Part shown: piece after piece, positions 36,680-48,256 of the stretch
Layout: each line of letters begins with the position of its first letter
Numbering within the stretch: the stretch's first letter is position 1
From: Massalongia carnosa
Taxonomy: Eukaryota
DNA length: 64,000 bases
NCBI GenBank assembly: GCA_965645245.1
Contig: OZ287069.1
Coordinates: 2,542,001 to 2,606,000 of the forward strand
Direction: 5' to 3'
Notes under the pieces: generated by a model
What the model was told of the DNA's origin: nothing
Database searches by the model: none
Seen by the model: only the letters and a program-made list of their open reading frames with translations
Program-made: the position numbers and the translations under genes

Positions 36680-38167
36680 ATGCTCCAGGTGCCAAATCGG
36701 CAGAAGAGTGGCACTGCTGCCTCGACCAAGGCCGTAATACTTGTATGCTCTTTAATACACACGGTAGAGAAACTCGAACTCACTATTGCAGGTCGGCGGA
36801 CCATCAAGAGGAACCAGGTTCCGACCGCTCTCGTTAGACGTGCCGAAGGTGAGTACTGCCCTTCCAATTGACGGCTCAATCGATTGCTCACATACCGCCC
36901 TGATAGCCTTTATTTGATGTGGCCGGCCACCCAATCATCTGGCACTGCCTAGGCGCTGTTGCCAAAGTACCAGGGATTCGCGAGGTTGTCTTGGTGGGAT
37001 ACTACGATGAGACCGTTTTTCGGGACTTTATCAAGGATTCCGCAAAGGAATTTCCTCAGATCCGCATCGTATACCTTCGAGAATACCAAGCTCTCGGTAC
37101 AGCCGGAGGCCTATACCACTTCCGTGATGCCATTCTCAAGGGCGGTCCAGAGCGATTTTTCGTTCTCAACGCCGATGTTTGCTGCTCCTTTCCACTAAAC
37201 GAGATGCTTCGACTGTTCGAGGAAAAGGACGCGGAGGCTGTCATCTTGGGAACGAGGGTGAGCAACGATGCGGCAAGCAATTTCGGGTGCATTGTCTCCG
37301 ATGCGCATACGAAGCGGGTACTCCATTATGTCGAGAAACCCGAATCCCATATCTCGAACTTAATAAATTGCGGCGTCTACCTCTTTTCTACCGAAACTAT
37401 CTTCCCTTCGATCAAATCGGCCATCAAGCGTCGTTCCGACCGGCCTCGTCTCGTTTCTTACCCTTCGTCGGAGAACCTTGACTCCTCTTTCTTTGCAGAG
37501 CGCCTGGAAGATGGGGAGAAGAACGAGGTTTTGCGTCTTGAACAGGACATTCTTTCCGACCTAGCAGACAGCAAGCAGTTCTTTGTGCATGAGACCAAAG
37601 ACTTCTGGCGTCAGATCAAGACCGCCGGCTCTGCCGTCCCAGCCAACGCGCTATATTTACAGAAAGCCCTTCAATCCCAATCTGAAGAGCTTGAAGCCCC
37701 ATCCGCCAATATTATCCCGCCGGTCTTCATCCACCCCACCGCCGACGTCGACCCGACCGCCAAGCTCGGACCGAACGTCTCAATCGGTCCCCGGGTGACG
37801 ATCGGAGCCGGTGTACGTGTCAAGGAGTCAATCGTGCTCGAAGATGCGGAGATAAAGCACGATGCTTGCGTGTTGTATTCCATCATTGGATGGAACAGCC
37901 GCGTGGGGGCTTGGGCTAGAGTAGAAGGCACCCCCACGCCTGTTGGTAGTCACACGACTAGCATTGTCAAAAATGGAGTCAAGGTCCAGAGCATCACTAT
38001 TTTGGGCAAGGATTGCGGTGTTGGCGATGAGGTCCGGGTCCAGAACTGCGTTTGCCTGCCCAACAAAGAGCTGAAAAGGGTATGTGCTTATGACCTAACA
38101 TGCCGCGTTTTATGACGAGATATTCTGACTGGTTCGATAGGACGTGGCCAACGAAGTCATCATGTAG
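36680..38167 (+). CDS. psa2: Mannose-1-phosphate guanylyltransferase alpha-type (GMPPA/Psa2/Mpg2), 4 exons
   Basis: TKAVIL|VGGPSRGTRFRPLSLDVPK|PLFDVAG, LGTAGGLYHFRD, FWRQIKTAGSA, hexapeptide repeats; last exon DVANEVIM* at 38141-38167. Confidence 0.93.
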
Positions 38168-39332
38168 ACTGGGATGCAACCTTAATCCTATTCTTTAGCG
38201 AAATACATGTCGTTTCATAGACTTTCCGATTTGCTGCTATACAAGACCAGTTGGTGGGAAAAATAGAATTTGCTGAGGAGCTTATCTCTTTTGAGCGCTA
38301 CATGATTTCTTTCCCATTTCAAAGCCAAGTTTACCTCACTTTCCATCAGAGGCTGCCCTCCTCATGCTCGATATACCTACCGAACAACTCCCTATTCCTC
38401 CCCCCCTCCCCCCCTCCCCCCATCGATTATCCTCATCTTCCGTCTCTTCAGGAAACTTCTCATCCTCTTCCCGCAAACTCAATCATGTTTCGCATTTCAA
38501 CTCCACTTCCACCAAATTCTAGGCAATCCAGCCTAGTGACAGACTGTTCAGAAACAAAACCACAGGCCAATGCCATGGTTCCCAATCAGTCCACCCTCGG
38601 TTCCCGACCCGATCCGAAACGTCTGATACATTACCGCAAAACCCCTCTTTCAAGACAGCACCGGGGATCCCGATCAGGCATCTGCATCGTAAAGTGAGAC
38701 TTAGGAACGGAAAACCCTTACAGCGTATCAGGTATCCTGTAGCTGGCCGTCTTGTTAGCTCTAATTTGCCGAACGTCCTTTCATGCCCGACAGAGCTGGG
38801 TGTCGATTAGAACCTAGCATGTCTTGGCTTGTAGGAGAAGCAAAGGTTCTTTGATGAAGCATGAGCTTGATGTTGCGTACCATATCATGATATCATCCAA
38901 AGGTATCGTTATCGCCAATGCACGGACTACCGTCATTTTTGGTTGGTTTAATACCGATACCGTGGTATAAAAACAGGCAATCGTATGTGATTCGGATGTG
39001 CGGAGTTCCATATATACCACCGTACTCGGCAGCTCATGTCCACGTTGTACAGAGTACAGAATAAAGAATACAGAATAGCTGTAAGAGTACCTATTCTGTT
39101 CCTGTACTAAGAACTTCCGGGTTTGCTCGGGAAGGAGTCTCCGCTAACTAGATAGGGGCAAGGGGATCTGTCGAGATGGGCGGCCTTCTATGCGACCCCT
39201 TGTAATTTAAATTTCCCAATACCGATGCTCTTGAGGTAGGTACCTTCTCTTGCGTCTCCCTCGTTCCATCATTTGATGTATTTGGTTTTGAAAGATTTCA
39301 AGAGAACAGCGCATAGAAAACGTCATATCAGT

Positions 39333-41038
39333 ATGGTAGACCAGATGCCCGAACCTCTCGTTGCTACGCCCGGGTCGACTGTCGATTCAGGTGGCCCGGC
39401 CAAACCCCCAGCAACCAAGGACAAGACTTGTCCATTCTGCAATGCGCCATTCACCTCTTCCTCTTTGGGACGACATCTAGACTTGTATATCAAGGACAAA
39501 AACCCGAAACCGCCCGACGATGTGCACAATGTCGACGAGATTCGAAGGCTCCGGGGCAACGTTACTCGGCGGCAAGCACGCACGTCGTCGGGCAAACGAG
39601 AGGGCTCCACCCCTTCGAGCGCGAAGCCGACTCCCATGCGAGAGCAGCGCTCGCCCTCTGCTTCAGTTCCATATACCAACGCTGAGCACGCCAATGGAGG
39701 CCCCGTGAAAGTAAGCCTGAACCAAGCCAATTGGCAGGCAACGGGAGTCATCAACGATCTGCCCCCTCCGACCAGAGAGAGCCCCTCGACCTACCACAAG
39801 AGGAAGGATATGATGAGAAGGATCTCTGTCAAAGCAAACATGTCTCGGAAACAGGATACGCAGGAGGAAAGGGACCAAGCACGAGCCGCTGAGCTTGCGT
39901 TACAGGAGGTCCTTGGGAGCGTTAAGGCTGCTTGGTAGGCAAAACCCTTCCCGGTTCGTTGATCCAAGCTTCCAGGTTTGTTTTCTGATTCCTACGTAGT
40001 TCACGAGTTCAATACATTTCCCCTTTCGATTTCAATTGGTTTAACCAATCCTTTCCTGCGTTATGCCTGCGATGCTTATCCATACCTCTTTGCCTCTTGT
40101 CTTCTCCATCCAATCCTAGCGTAGCAACCTGGTCTTTGGATCCGCCTGGACCCGATCAATTCCACGATCTAGAGGCGTGGCTAGAGTCCAGGTTGAGCAA
40201 ATGGCAGCGAGAGCAAAATCCTTTGGTAGCGGGCCGGCAACACGAGTTAAATGGCATCAACGGGCACGCGGCTTCAAATACGCCATTTCAAGACAGCAAG
40301 GACACCGTGGCCTACAGCAAGCATCTCTCTTGTATGTATCAAGCCTGGAAATCACTCTCTGAGATTCAAAAGCAGGAAAACTGGCGCCTCGAATGCCAGC
40401 GAGCGTTTACATGGGAGAGGGAAAAGCATAGAGAGACCGAGGCTAAGCTCGACCACGCACAACAAGAAGTGCAGCATCTGCGCGCCCAGCTTGATCAGCA
40501 AAGTGATCATCAACGTTTGACGGAGTTCTCGCACTTCCCGCCAGCAACAATGCCATTATCGCGCGAGGCGTTGCGAGCGCTTGGTGATCATCACAACTTA
40601 TCGGAGTGGAGTTATGAAGCGACTATTCTCAAATGGAAGGCCCGAATACAGTATGAGCGAAATTTTCAGCGACCGCTCCCCAACCTCATGGCGACAACTT
40701 GGCCCGCTAGCATGGAGGCGGGCCCTCTGACCAACGGCACGCCTTATCCGCAATTACATTCCCATCATCGGCGCATGCTTGATCACAATGCCTACGATGC
40801 GGAGCACGATTTGTCCGAAGACGACGAAGACCTGGCAGACGCACCGGGGGATGACGATGAGGATGAGGAGCTCACCACGTCGAACCGCATTGCCTCGGAG
40901 GCGATAATGGACAGACGGATGCTAGACCCCCACTTGAGAGATCGCTTGGACATGGCGACGAAAAGCGCCAAGGGAATCGTAAGGAACGGAGACGGAGATG
41001 GATACTCGGGAGGAAGAGACTCGATGGGTCGGAGGTAG
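39333..41038 (+). CDS. Conserved fungal protein with an N-terminal C2H2-like finger and a coiled coil, 2 exons
   Basis: KDKTCPFCNAPFTSSSLGRHLDLYIKDKNPKPPDDVHNVDEIRRLR; intron ~39935-39998 leads to PFDFNWFNQSFPALCL. Confidence 0.8.
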
Positions 41039-42827
41039 CAATGTAGGCGATGATCGGCATAGTTTAATGGAGATTTGTAAGAAAATAAGGAATATAAGGG
41101 GAACATCTAGATTTACTCTATCAACCTTGTCTAGAAATGCCTTTAGAACTAATAACTCCCACTTTGCGGGAAAAATTTTTTTTTTTTTTTCCACAACACG
41201 CCTCAAGGTACGTCCTTGCTAGCATCAACCCCCTATACTAAAGGTAGGCCGAAATGACGCTTCCGCTGGGTCGAATGACAGCAAAACTTACTGGCCACCG
41301 CGCCTAAGGTGGGGAGGTTTTTCTTCCACTCGAGCTGGCTTGGAGTCATGCAACGAACGTCCCTTTGTCATTTGCATAGCCTAGCCTTTGGGGCGGGGTG
41401 TTCACGACCGCCTTTTGCTCCACGGGAGGATCCTCCTTCCAGTAGATACATAAGCATAGAATAAAGGCAAAGACACCATTACACAGCACCCCGCGTTGGT
41501 TTTGGGTGGGAGGGAGAGAGGGGGAGATGGTGCGCCACAGTTGGCCGCAGACGTGAAAGGAGGAGGATATAAACAAGCCAACGACGGGCATTCTCTTCTT
41601 CGAATCCATCGGGGCCCCCAAAACGAGCTGTCTCATCATCACAACCATCTCCCCCGTCCAAATATCGGGGAGACTGTCTGGGAAGTCCGGCCTGGATTTT
41701 TTCTGGGTTAGGTTTCTCCGTTTCCGAGGGTTGTTGAATCGACGTTCGTCCTGTGGCGATGAGCTTGGTTATAAAGGTATGGGAATCCGTCTTTTGCTAA
41801 ATCCCTCTAGTTAGGTAGTTAGGTTGCGTGAGTAGCGATTTTGGTTTAAGCAGTGGATTTTAAATTTATGGTTTTCTTCATTTTTTTCTTGCATAGCTTC
41901 CCAATTTGGTCAATACAGAGCTCATACCTGTTCGCTCGTCATTCTTGGCGGTTTTTTTTCTTTTCTTTTTTTTTTTGGTGGATACCTAGTTAGACGCTAG
42001 AACCAGGGGAAGGGTTAAACAGACGGCTGAAGAGTTAGGAGGATTTTTCTCTTCAACGTTCACGCATCTAGATGGAAGAGTTCTTCAAATGCTCTTACCC
42101 ACAAGCGTTCGCCCCCCCAATGCTGCTTGATAACTCGAGGCGGCCAAGTCTGCTGTTTTCAATATAGGGAAACAAGTCGGCGCATTACAGCGGGTGCCCT
42201 TCAAAATGACGAACGGCAACAGGAGTATTCTCCTGAGCTTTACTGACGCTGGTAATCATAAAAATACGAAAGTCGGGGAACATGGAACGCATGGTGTAGT
42301 CTGCCGCATCAGATCACTTGGCGAATAAGAAGGAGGTTCAGGTCTCGCTTCTTTCTTTGATAGAAGATCTTTGCGTCCTGATTTCCTCGATCTCCGTGCA
42401 AACAGCCCCCCTTTTTATAGCGCCGCAAGTTTGCTTTCCTGGCAAACGGGGAATTTATGCTGATGTCTGAACGTGCAGCCGCGAAGCCAGCAGTCGAGAA
42501 TCTTATTATAAACCCATTTTGAGCCTCGAGAATTTAGGTTTAGAAATCGAGCTATAAGAGAAGAGGAGATGGAAGCTGTAAATGCTCTGGTTATTCTACA
42601 TAGCTTTTGGGATTGGAAACGGTTAGACCGTCGATTGATTATTGATGATTTAGATTAGATTAGATTAACTAGATTGAGGCTTCATCGCAACGGTCATGAC
42701 GCGCAATGTCGATGTTGCCTGATGAGGATAGCTAACATCCAGAAGTCTATACTACAATTACCTCTCATCCCCACAGCCACCCCTTCCGATATTCAACCTC
42801 GCCATCTAATCCCCAAACACCCTCACA

Positions 42828-43893
42828 ATGGCCACTTACGAAGGTATCCCCTCCCTCCCCTCCCTCAACTATCAAAACCCCCCCAAAACTAAACACCCCC
42901 CCCTCTCTCCAAAAAGTCGAACATAATATTCCCCCTCCCAAATCTCCCTCCTCGTCCCGCCCTCGCCACCCCGATTTCTCCACCTTCTTCGCCGCCCTCG
43001 CCTACGTCGACCTCAGTGCCACCACCAACCCCAACGCGCTGCCCCTCCCTCAGGACGTCGCGGCTGCCAACCGCGGTGCGGCCGAGGCCTACGCGACCAT
43101 GATGGACGAGAGCGAGGGCCGGGCCAACGAGGGGTTGCTGAGGGAGTTGGTCGAGGGCCTGATGAGCCTGGCGCGTGATCCTCCGAAGAGGGTGGGTGGA
43201 GTGGGAGATGGGTTTTTGGATGGTGAGTTGTTGTCGTTTTTTGGGGGGGGGGGGGGTTGACTTCCGATTAGCTTGGCTTGGTTTATAAATGGTTGTGAGG
43301 GCGCGCAGGGAGAAAGGGCAAAAGCGAAAATCTAGAGCTGGGGAGTAGACAGACGTATGGCTAACTGTTGCCCCGGGGAGGGGGAGCTAGAACTCGAGCG
43401 CGTGCCGAAAAAAGAGCTGAAACCCGGCGATTTATGTCCCATCTGCGGACTCGCTTTCCTGGATGGTATGTCCTCTTCCTGTCCTTTTCTTTCTCCCTCA
43501 TCAACCCCCTCCCCGCCCCGGGGGGTCTCTCACTCTTCTACCTTATCACTTTGTCTACTTCCCTTTCATTCTAAACCCCCCCTCTTTCCCTTCAAACCTC
43601 TAATAGCTTACCCCCCTATCTCCCCTTTTAACCTCCCCCAAAATCTGCTCACGAATGCTGCAGACCCCTATCCCCTGGTAATCCGCCTCCCGTGCCACGA
43701 ATCGCACCTCTACGACCTCGAGTGCATTTCTCCGTGGCTGAAATTGCAGTCGACGTGCCCGCTCGACCGGGTGGATCTGCTGGCCAGGAGAGAGGAGCGG
43801 AGGAAGGCTGTGACGGAATTGGGGAAGGAGGACGGGGGTGGGGGCGGAGAGGGGGAGGAGGAGGAGGGGGAGTGGGATGAGATGTTTGCGTGA
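42828..43893 (+). CDS. Small RING-finger protein (YBR062C-like), 4 exons
   Basis: MATYE|VEHNI...RPRHPDFSTFF...GVGDGFLD|ELERVPKK..CPICGLAFLD|DPYPLVIRLPCHESHLYDLECISPWLKLQSTCPLDR. Confidence 0.85.
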
Positions 43894-44496
43894 GAGGAGA
43901 AGGGCTGGTTTTTGTGGGGGGGGGGGATTGGCTTGGTGCTGAGAAGAGAAAGAGGGCCTCCTAAGGTTAATGTTTATTTGCATACAATGCCTACCAGCCT
44001 ATCTCCCCCCAAATCCTCCCTCATTTACTACCCCTCCTCTGTAGGCATCTAATACAGAAAGCCCTTTGCCTCTAATCATCAATCCACAACTTATATATTA
44101 TTGAATCGTTCAGGATTTTTACCTCCCAAAAATTTGCCTTTATGAAACTCCGGCTTCGTCTCTTAGCCCTCTATTCAACGGAGGGAAATTTCGGGAAGAC
44201 GAGGAAGGGGTTGGGGGCTTTTGGGTTGGGGATTGATGAAGGGGAACTACGATATGGGCCGGGGGGAATGGTTTGATTTGGTTTTGCCTATATACTTGTG
44301 GGTGTCGTGAGGGAAAGTCGTTGGAAGGTTCTAAATTGTGAACACGACTTGGTTTAGCCAGGTGAAAAAGCGTGGGTGATATATCAACAAGGTCGATGGC
44401 TGATAGTGGACGTTTTGACCGCGAAGTTCTAATAGACAGACGCCGTATACGTTCTTCACAGCCGCAATGTTTCCCCACAACAAAACCCTTCCTCAT

Positions 44497-45683
44497 TCAG
44501 TCTCTCATTTGGCGAACGTTCAGGTTCACTCGTTTGTTCTTCATCCAGCCGCGCCACGCCTCGTGGCGATCAGGCCCGTCGTTTCGAGGCTCCGCGTCCG
44601 GGGCGGCTGCAGGCCATTCTCCCAACCAGGGCGGGCACGTGTCCGGAATGACCTGCGGTACGCCATGCCATGCGAAACGAGCCTGGCCGGTCATATAAAC
44701 GGCGTCGCCTGATCGTAAGCGGACTACCAGCTGTGCCGGCTGATTGCTGTTGTTGTTTTTGATGTCGTCGTCTTCACTTTCAATTCCCGCGATGAATATC
44801 CCATCGCATCCTAAACTGATGCTTACTAACCCGTTATCCGAGTCCTCGCTCACATCACGGTGCACGCTCAAGGTATCCCCTGGAGTGTAGATATTGACAA
44901 TCGCGGCCTCTGGTCTCGTTTCTGGAAATAAACCTTGCAGGAGATTGGCGATGGCTTCTGGGAACGGAGGAGCGTCCTTGTTAGGATACATCTTTTGAGT
45001 CCAATCGTATTGACCGCCTAGGGTCAACCAGCGAAGTTTCCTGTGCAAAAATTCGGAGACTGTAATTGCTCGATGAGCACTCGAATTCACTGGCGTAAGC
45101 AATTCAAGGCTGTCAGGAGGGATATTGAAGAATGAGCAGTTGTGTGTGAGGCCAGTGCCCAAGCCGTTTGCTTCATTTTGAAGTCCGGCTGGATTTGATG
45201 TCAGATGCGCAGCACTATAGGGAATGCGATGATGCGCATGAACATTGGTTTTATGCCTCGGATCGGCTAGAGTCTCATGCAGTAAACAAGATAGAAGATT
45301 TTGCTGCGTCTGTTGAGGTATCAAGGAAGGAATCAAGAACAGCCCTGGCTCGTTAAGATGAGGGAAGCCCACGACGTCAACCCGTCATTCGGCTCACCTG
45401 GAAGGTCTCGCTGCTCGAAAATGGGGGTGTTGGAGGGGGATGTCCTTGGATCCGGTTCTTTATCATATCCAAAGCGAACGCAGGCAGCCGTCACGGTTTC
45501 GTGAGTTAACTGGTCAACTTTATTGCATTTCTTCGCCTGTTCAACGCTTAAGCCACGGCTAAAGTCTATGATGCCAGGGTCTTCTTCGAGTGCATCGAAA
45601 TGAAGCTTGTGATAAAACTTGTAGCTTGCTCTAATAGACTCTGGTGGTTTCTGGCAGGGATCAAGAGCTTCTATTTTAGTCAT
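44497..45683 (-). CDS. abh1: AlkB homolog 1 (2OG-Fe(II) dioxygenase); intron 45345-45397
   Basis: KLRWLTLGGQYDWT, AAIVNIYTPGDTLSVHRDVSE (HxD), RFAWHGVP, RVNLNVRQ. Confidence 0.93.
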
Positions 45684-45833
45684 CGCGTAAGGAGGCACGA
45701 AATAAAGTCAAGACACTGCTATTCGGAGTGTTTGCAGAAAGGATCTACCTCTGGTGAGCTCATGATGTTATGTAGATGATATCAATAAGTGAACTTAAGC
45801 CAACCTCTTATGTGTACGAAATACAATTCTTCT

Positions 45834-45881
45834 AACCCTAGCCCCAACCCTAGCCCCAACCCTAGCCCCAACCCTAGCCCC
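45834..45881. repeat. Perfect tandem 12-mer (AACCCTAGCCCC)x4, telomere-like and G4-prone
   Basis: Read directly; the minus strand is (GGGGCTAGGGTT)4. Confidence 0.95.
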
Positions 45882-45904
45882 CCATCCCACCTCACCAACA
45901 CAAC

Positions 45905-46556
45905 AAGGCAAAGAGTTTTATGCCACACCTTTGGCGTCCACTAATTAAATTTACCTAACCTCCCTGATGTAAACAAAGTATTAATCGTCGGCTAGTCTCT
46001 CGCTTACCTCGTGCCGACTCGAGAGGTAAGCGAGAGACTAGCCGACGATTATTGAAAATATAATATCTAGTCCATTTGCTATTTATTTACATTTTCTATT
46101 ATCTCATCATTTATCGCATCATCTATGCGACCATTTGCTGAACCATCTAATCAACTCGATTTGTTACCATTAAATTATTTGTATAATACCCAATTTGAGG
46201 ATGAAGAAGTGGACTGAAGGCGATGTAGCAAGTGGTTTGACAGGTGATCTAACAGGCAGTTCAGCAGATCGTTTAGAAGGTCGTCTTAAGATGAACTTCT
46301 AGTTCACGAAGGACATAGCGAAGGGTCGTCGTGAAGTAGGTGTAGCGGATCAGGTTCGAAGGAATATTAGACTTTGAGACGAGTACTGCACACTGTACTT
46401 ATCCACTTCGCAAACGACAAGTGATTATTCGTTGACACGAAATCGTGCATGATTATTGATGAGATTTAATGGTGGGGGTCGAGAATGACACAAAAGTCTG
46501 GGTTAGGGCATATTTGGTAAGAGGACGCCAAAGTGTGGCATGAAAGTCTTTTCCTC
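45905..46556. mobile_element. Non-autonomous Mutator-like element (~56-bp imperfect TIRs, 10-bp TSD)
   Basis: Left TIR aaggcaaagagttttatgccacacctttggcgtcc...cctaacc (45905-45960) matches the reverse complement of 46501-46556, gaggaaaagactttcatgccacactttggcgtcc...cctaacc. Flanks are ccaacacaac (45895-45904) and ccaacacagc (46557-46566). Confidence 0.75.
45984..46049. mobile_element. 66-bp foldback MITE flanked by TA, nested in the MULE
   Basis: Perfect 29-bp inverted repeat including the TAs (45982-46010 / 46023-46051) with a 12-nt spacer; a related element lies at 63916. Confidence 0.8.
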
Positions 46557-47084
46557 CCAACACAGCCATAAAAGCCGCCATGGAGATGGTTGGCAAGCTG
46601 CAAAGGGTATGTAACGGTAATGGACCAAATATGGGTGTGAAAAGATATGTACCTAGATTAGGGCGGAGAACTACCCGGCATTTGAACCGGGGCTTAGGCC
46701 GGAGATAAGCTAGTTATCAAACTAGCTTTCCCCAAACTGGAGAAGCGTTGCTTTTGATTACAGGGGTGCTGGGGTACCAAAATTTAGGATTACCACCGAA
46801 ATCAACATTGACAGCCCCCTCGTCAACATCACAGTTGACGTACCCTACGCAGCTAATCTAACAAGTCCAGAGTGCTCGTCACAGGCGAATGGGATAGCTT
46901 CTCGTCAACACTTTAAAGCTCATGTATAAAAATTCTAGCCTTCCCTCAAACAAATCTTCTACACATCGCGTTTTATCACCCTAAAATTCGAGGGAAAAAT
47001 TGCAGACGAACAACGTTGAATTTTACAGAGTCATACATCCCACTCTACTAGATATTGGTCTCCACGAAACCCCAGAAACTGACC

Positions 47085-48256
47085 ATGGAAAACTATCAGA
47101 AAATTGAAAAGATTGGTGAAGGTTGGTAGCCTTGGTAGCCTCCTACTTCCCTGAGCAAACTGTTCTACATAATCAAGAGCTTCCTGGAACATCTGCTGAG
47201 CGCGCTCTAAATAGGTACCTACGGCGTTGTTTACAAAGCTCGCGATCTCACACATCCCACTCGAATCGTTGCGTTGAAAAAAATTCGGCTCGAGGCAGAA
47301 GATGAAGGCGTGCCGAGCACAGCAATTCGAGAAATCTCGTTGCTCAAGGAGATGAACGACCCCAATATTGTCCGCTTACTTAACATCGTTCACGCTGATG
47401 GCCACAAGCTTTACTTGGTTTTTGAGTTCTTGGACTTGGATCTGAAAAAGTACATGGAGGCCCTACCCGTGAGCGATGGTGGCCGAGGAAAGGCCTTTCC
47501 AGAAGGCTCAGGGCCGGATCTTGGGAGGCTGGGTCTTGGCGAGAACATGGTCAAGAAGTTTATGAGCCAGCTTGTCGAAGGAGTACGTTACTGCCATAGC
47601 CACCGAGTGCTACATCGGGACTTGAAGCCGCAAAATCTATTGATCGACCGAGACGGGAATTTGAAGTTGGCAGATTTTGGGCTAGCGCGAGCATTTGGGG
47701 TGCCTCTGCGGACCTATACTCACGAGGTAGGTTGTTGAACTGCTCTCCTGGGAGAAACCTTCATAATCCACGGGTAGGTTGTGACTCTATGGTATCGCTC
47801 ACCTGAAATCCTTCTCGGTGGTCGCCAATACTCGACCGGGGTGGACATGTGGTCAGTTGGTTGTATCTTTGCAGAAATGTGCACTCGAAAACCCCTATTC
47901 CCTGGTGATTCCGAGATTGATGAGATCTTTAAAATTTTCCGGTATTCCAACTTCTCACGTCCGCCTTGGTGAAGTGAGCTAATCTTGAAAATAGTCTACT
48001 CGGCACCCCGGATGAGGCTGCGTGGCCGGGAGTGACCTCATTCCCCGACTTCAAAGCCTCCTTTCCCAAATGGTCTCGCGATCATACCCGGGCCCTTGTT
48101 GCAGGCCTCGATGAAAATGGGCTTGATCTGCTCGACGCTATGCTTGTCTACGACCCCGCCGGCCGGATTTCGGCAAAGCAAGCTTGCCAGCATCCCTACT
48201 TTGAAGCCGGAAGCAGCGCTTATTCAGGTAGAGGGAAAATGAATGGTTTCCATTGA
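47085..48256 (+). CDS. cdc28: Cyclin-dependent kinase Cdc28/Cdc2 (NimX), 4 exons
   Basis: [81 protein letters not shown]. Confidence 0.98.

Noticed and set aside
41284..41416. U1 snRNA (starts ACTTAC-TGG)
   Set aside because: It lacks ACUUACCUG, the GAUCA U1-70K loop, the AUUGCAC loop and a proper Sm site. Kept only as an unassigned structured candidate.
45834..45881. CRISPR-like array
   Set aside because: Head-to-tail 12-mers with no spacers, in a eukaryotic context.
46660..46790. tRNA-like T-arm (CCCGGTTCAAATGCCGGG on the minus strand) and a 9-bp hairpin AAGCTAGTT/AACTAGCTT
   Set aside because: No acceptor stem, D-arm or anticodon arm could be built.
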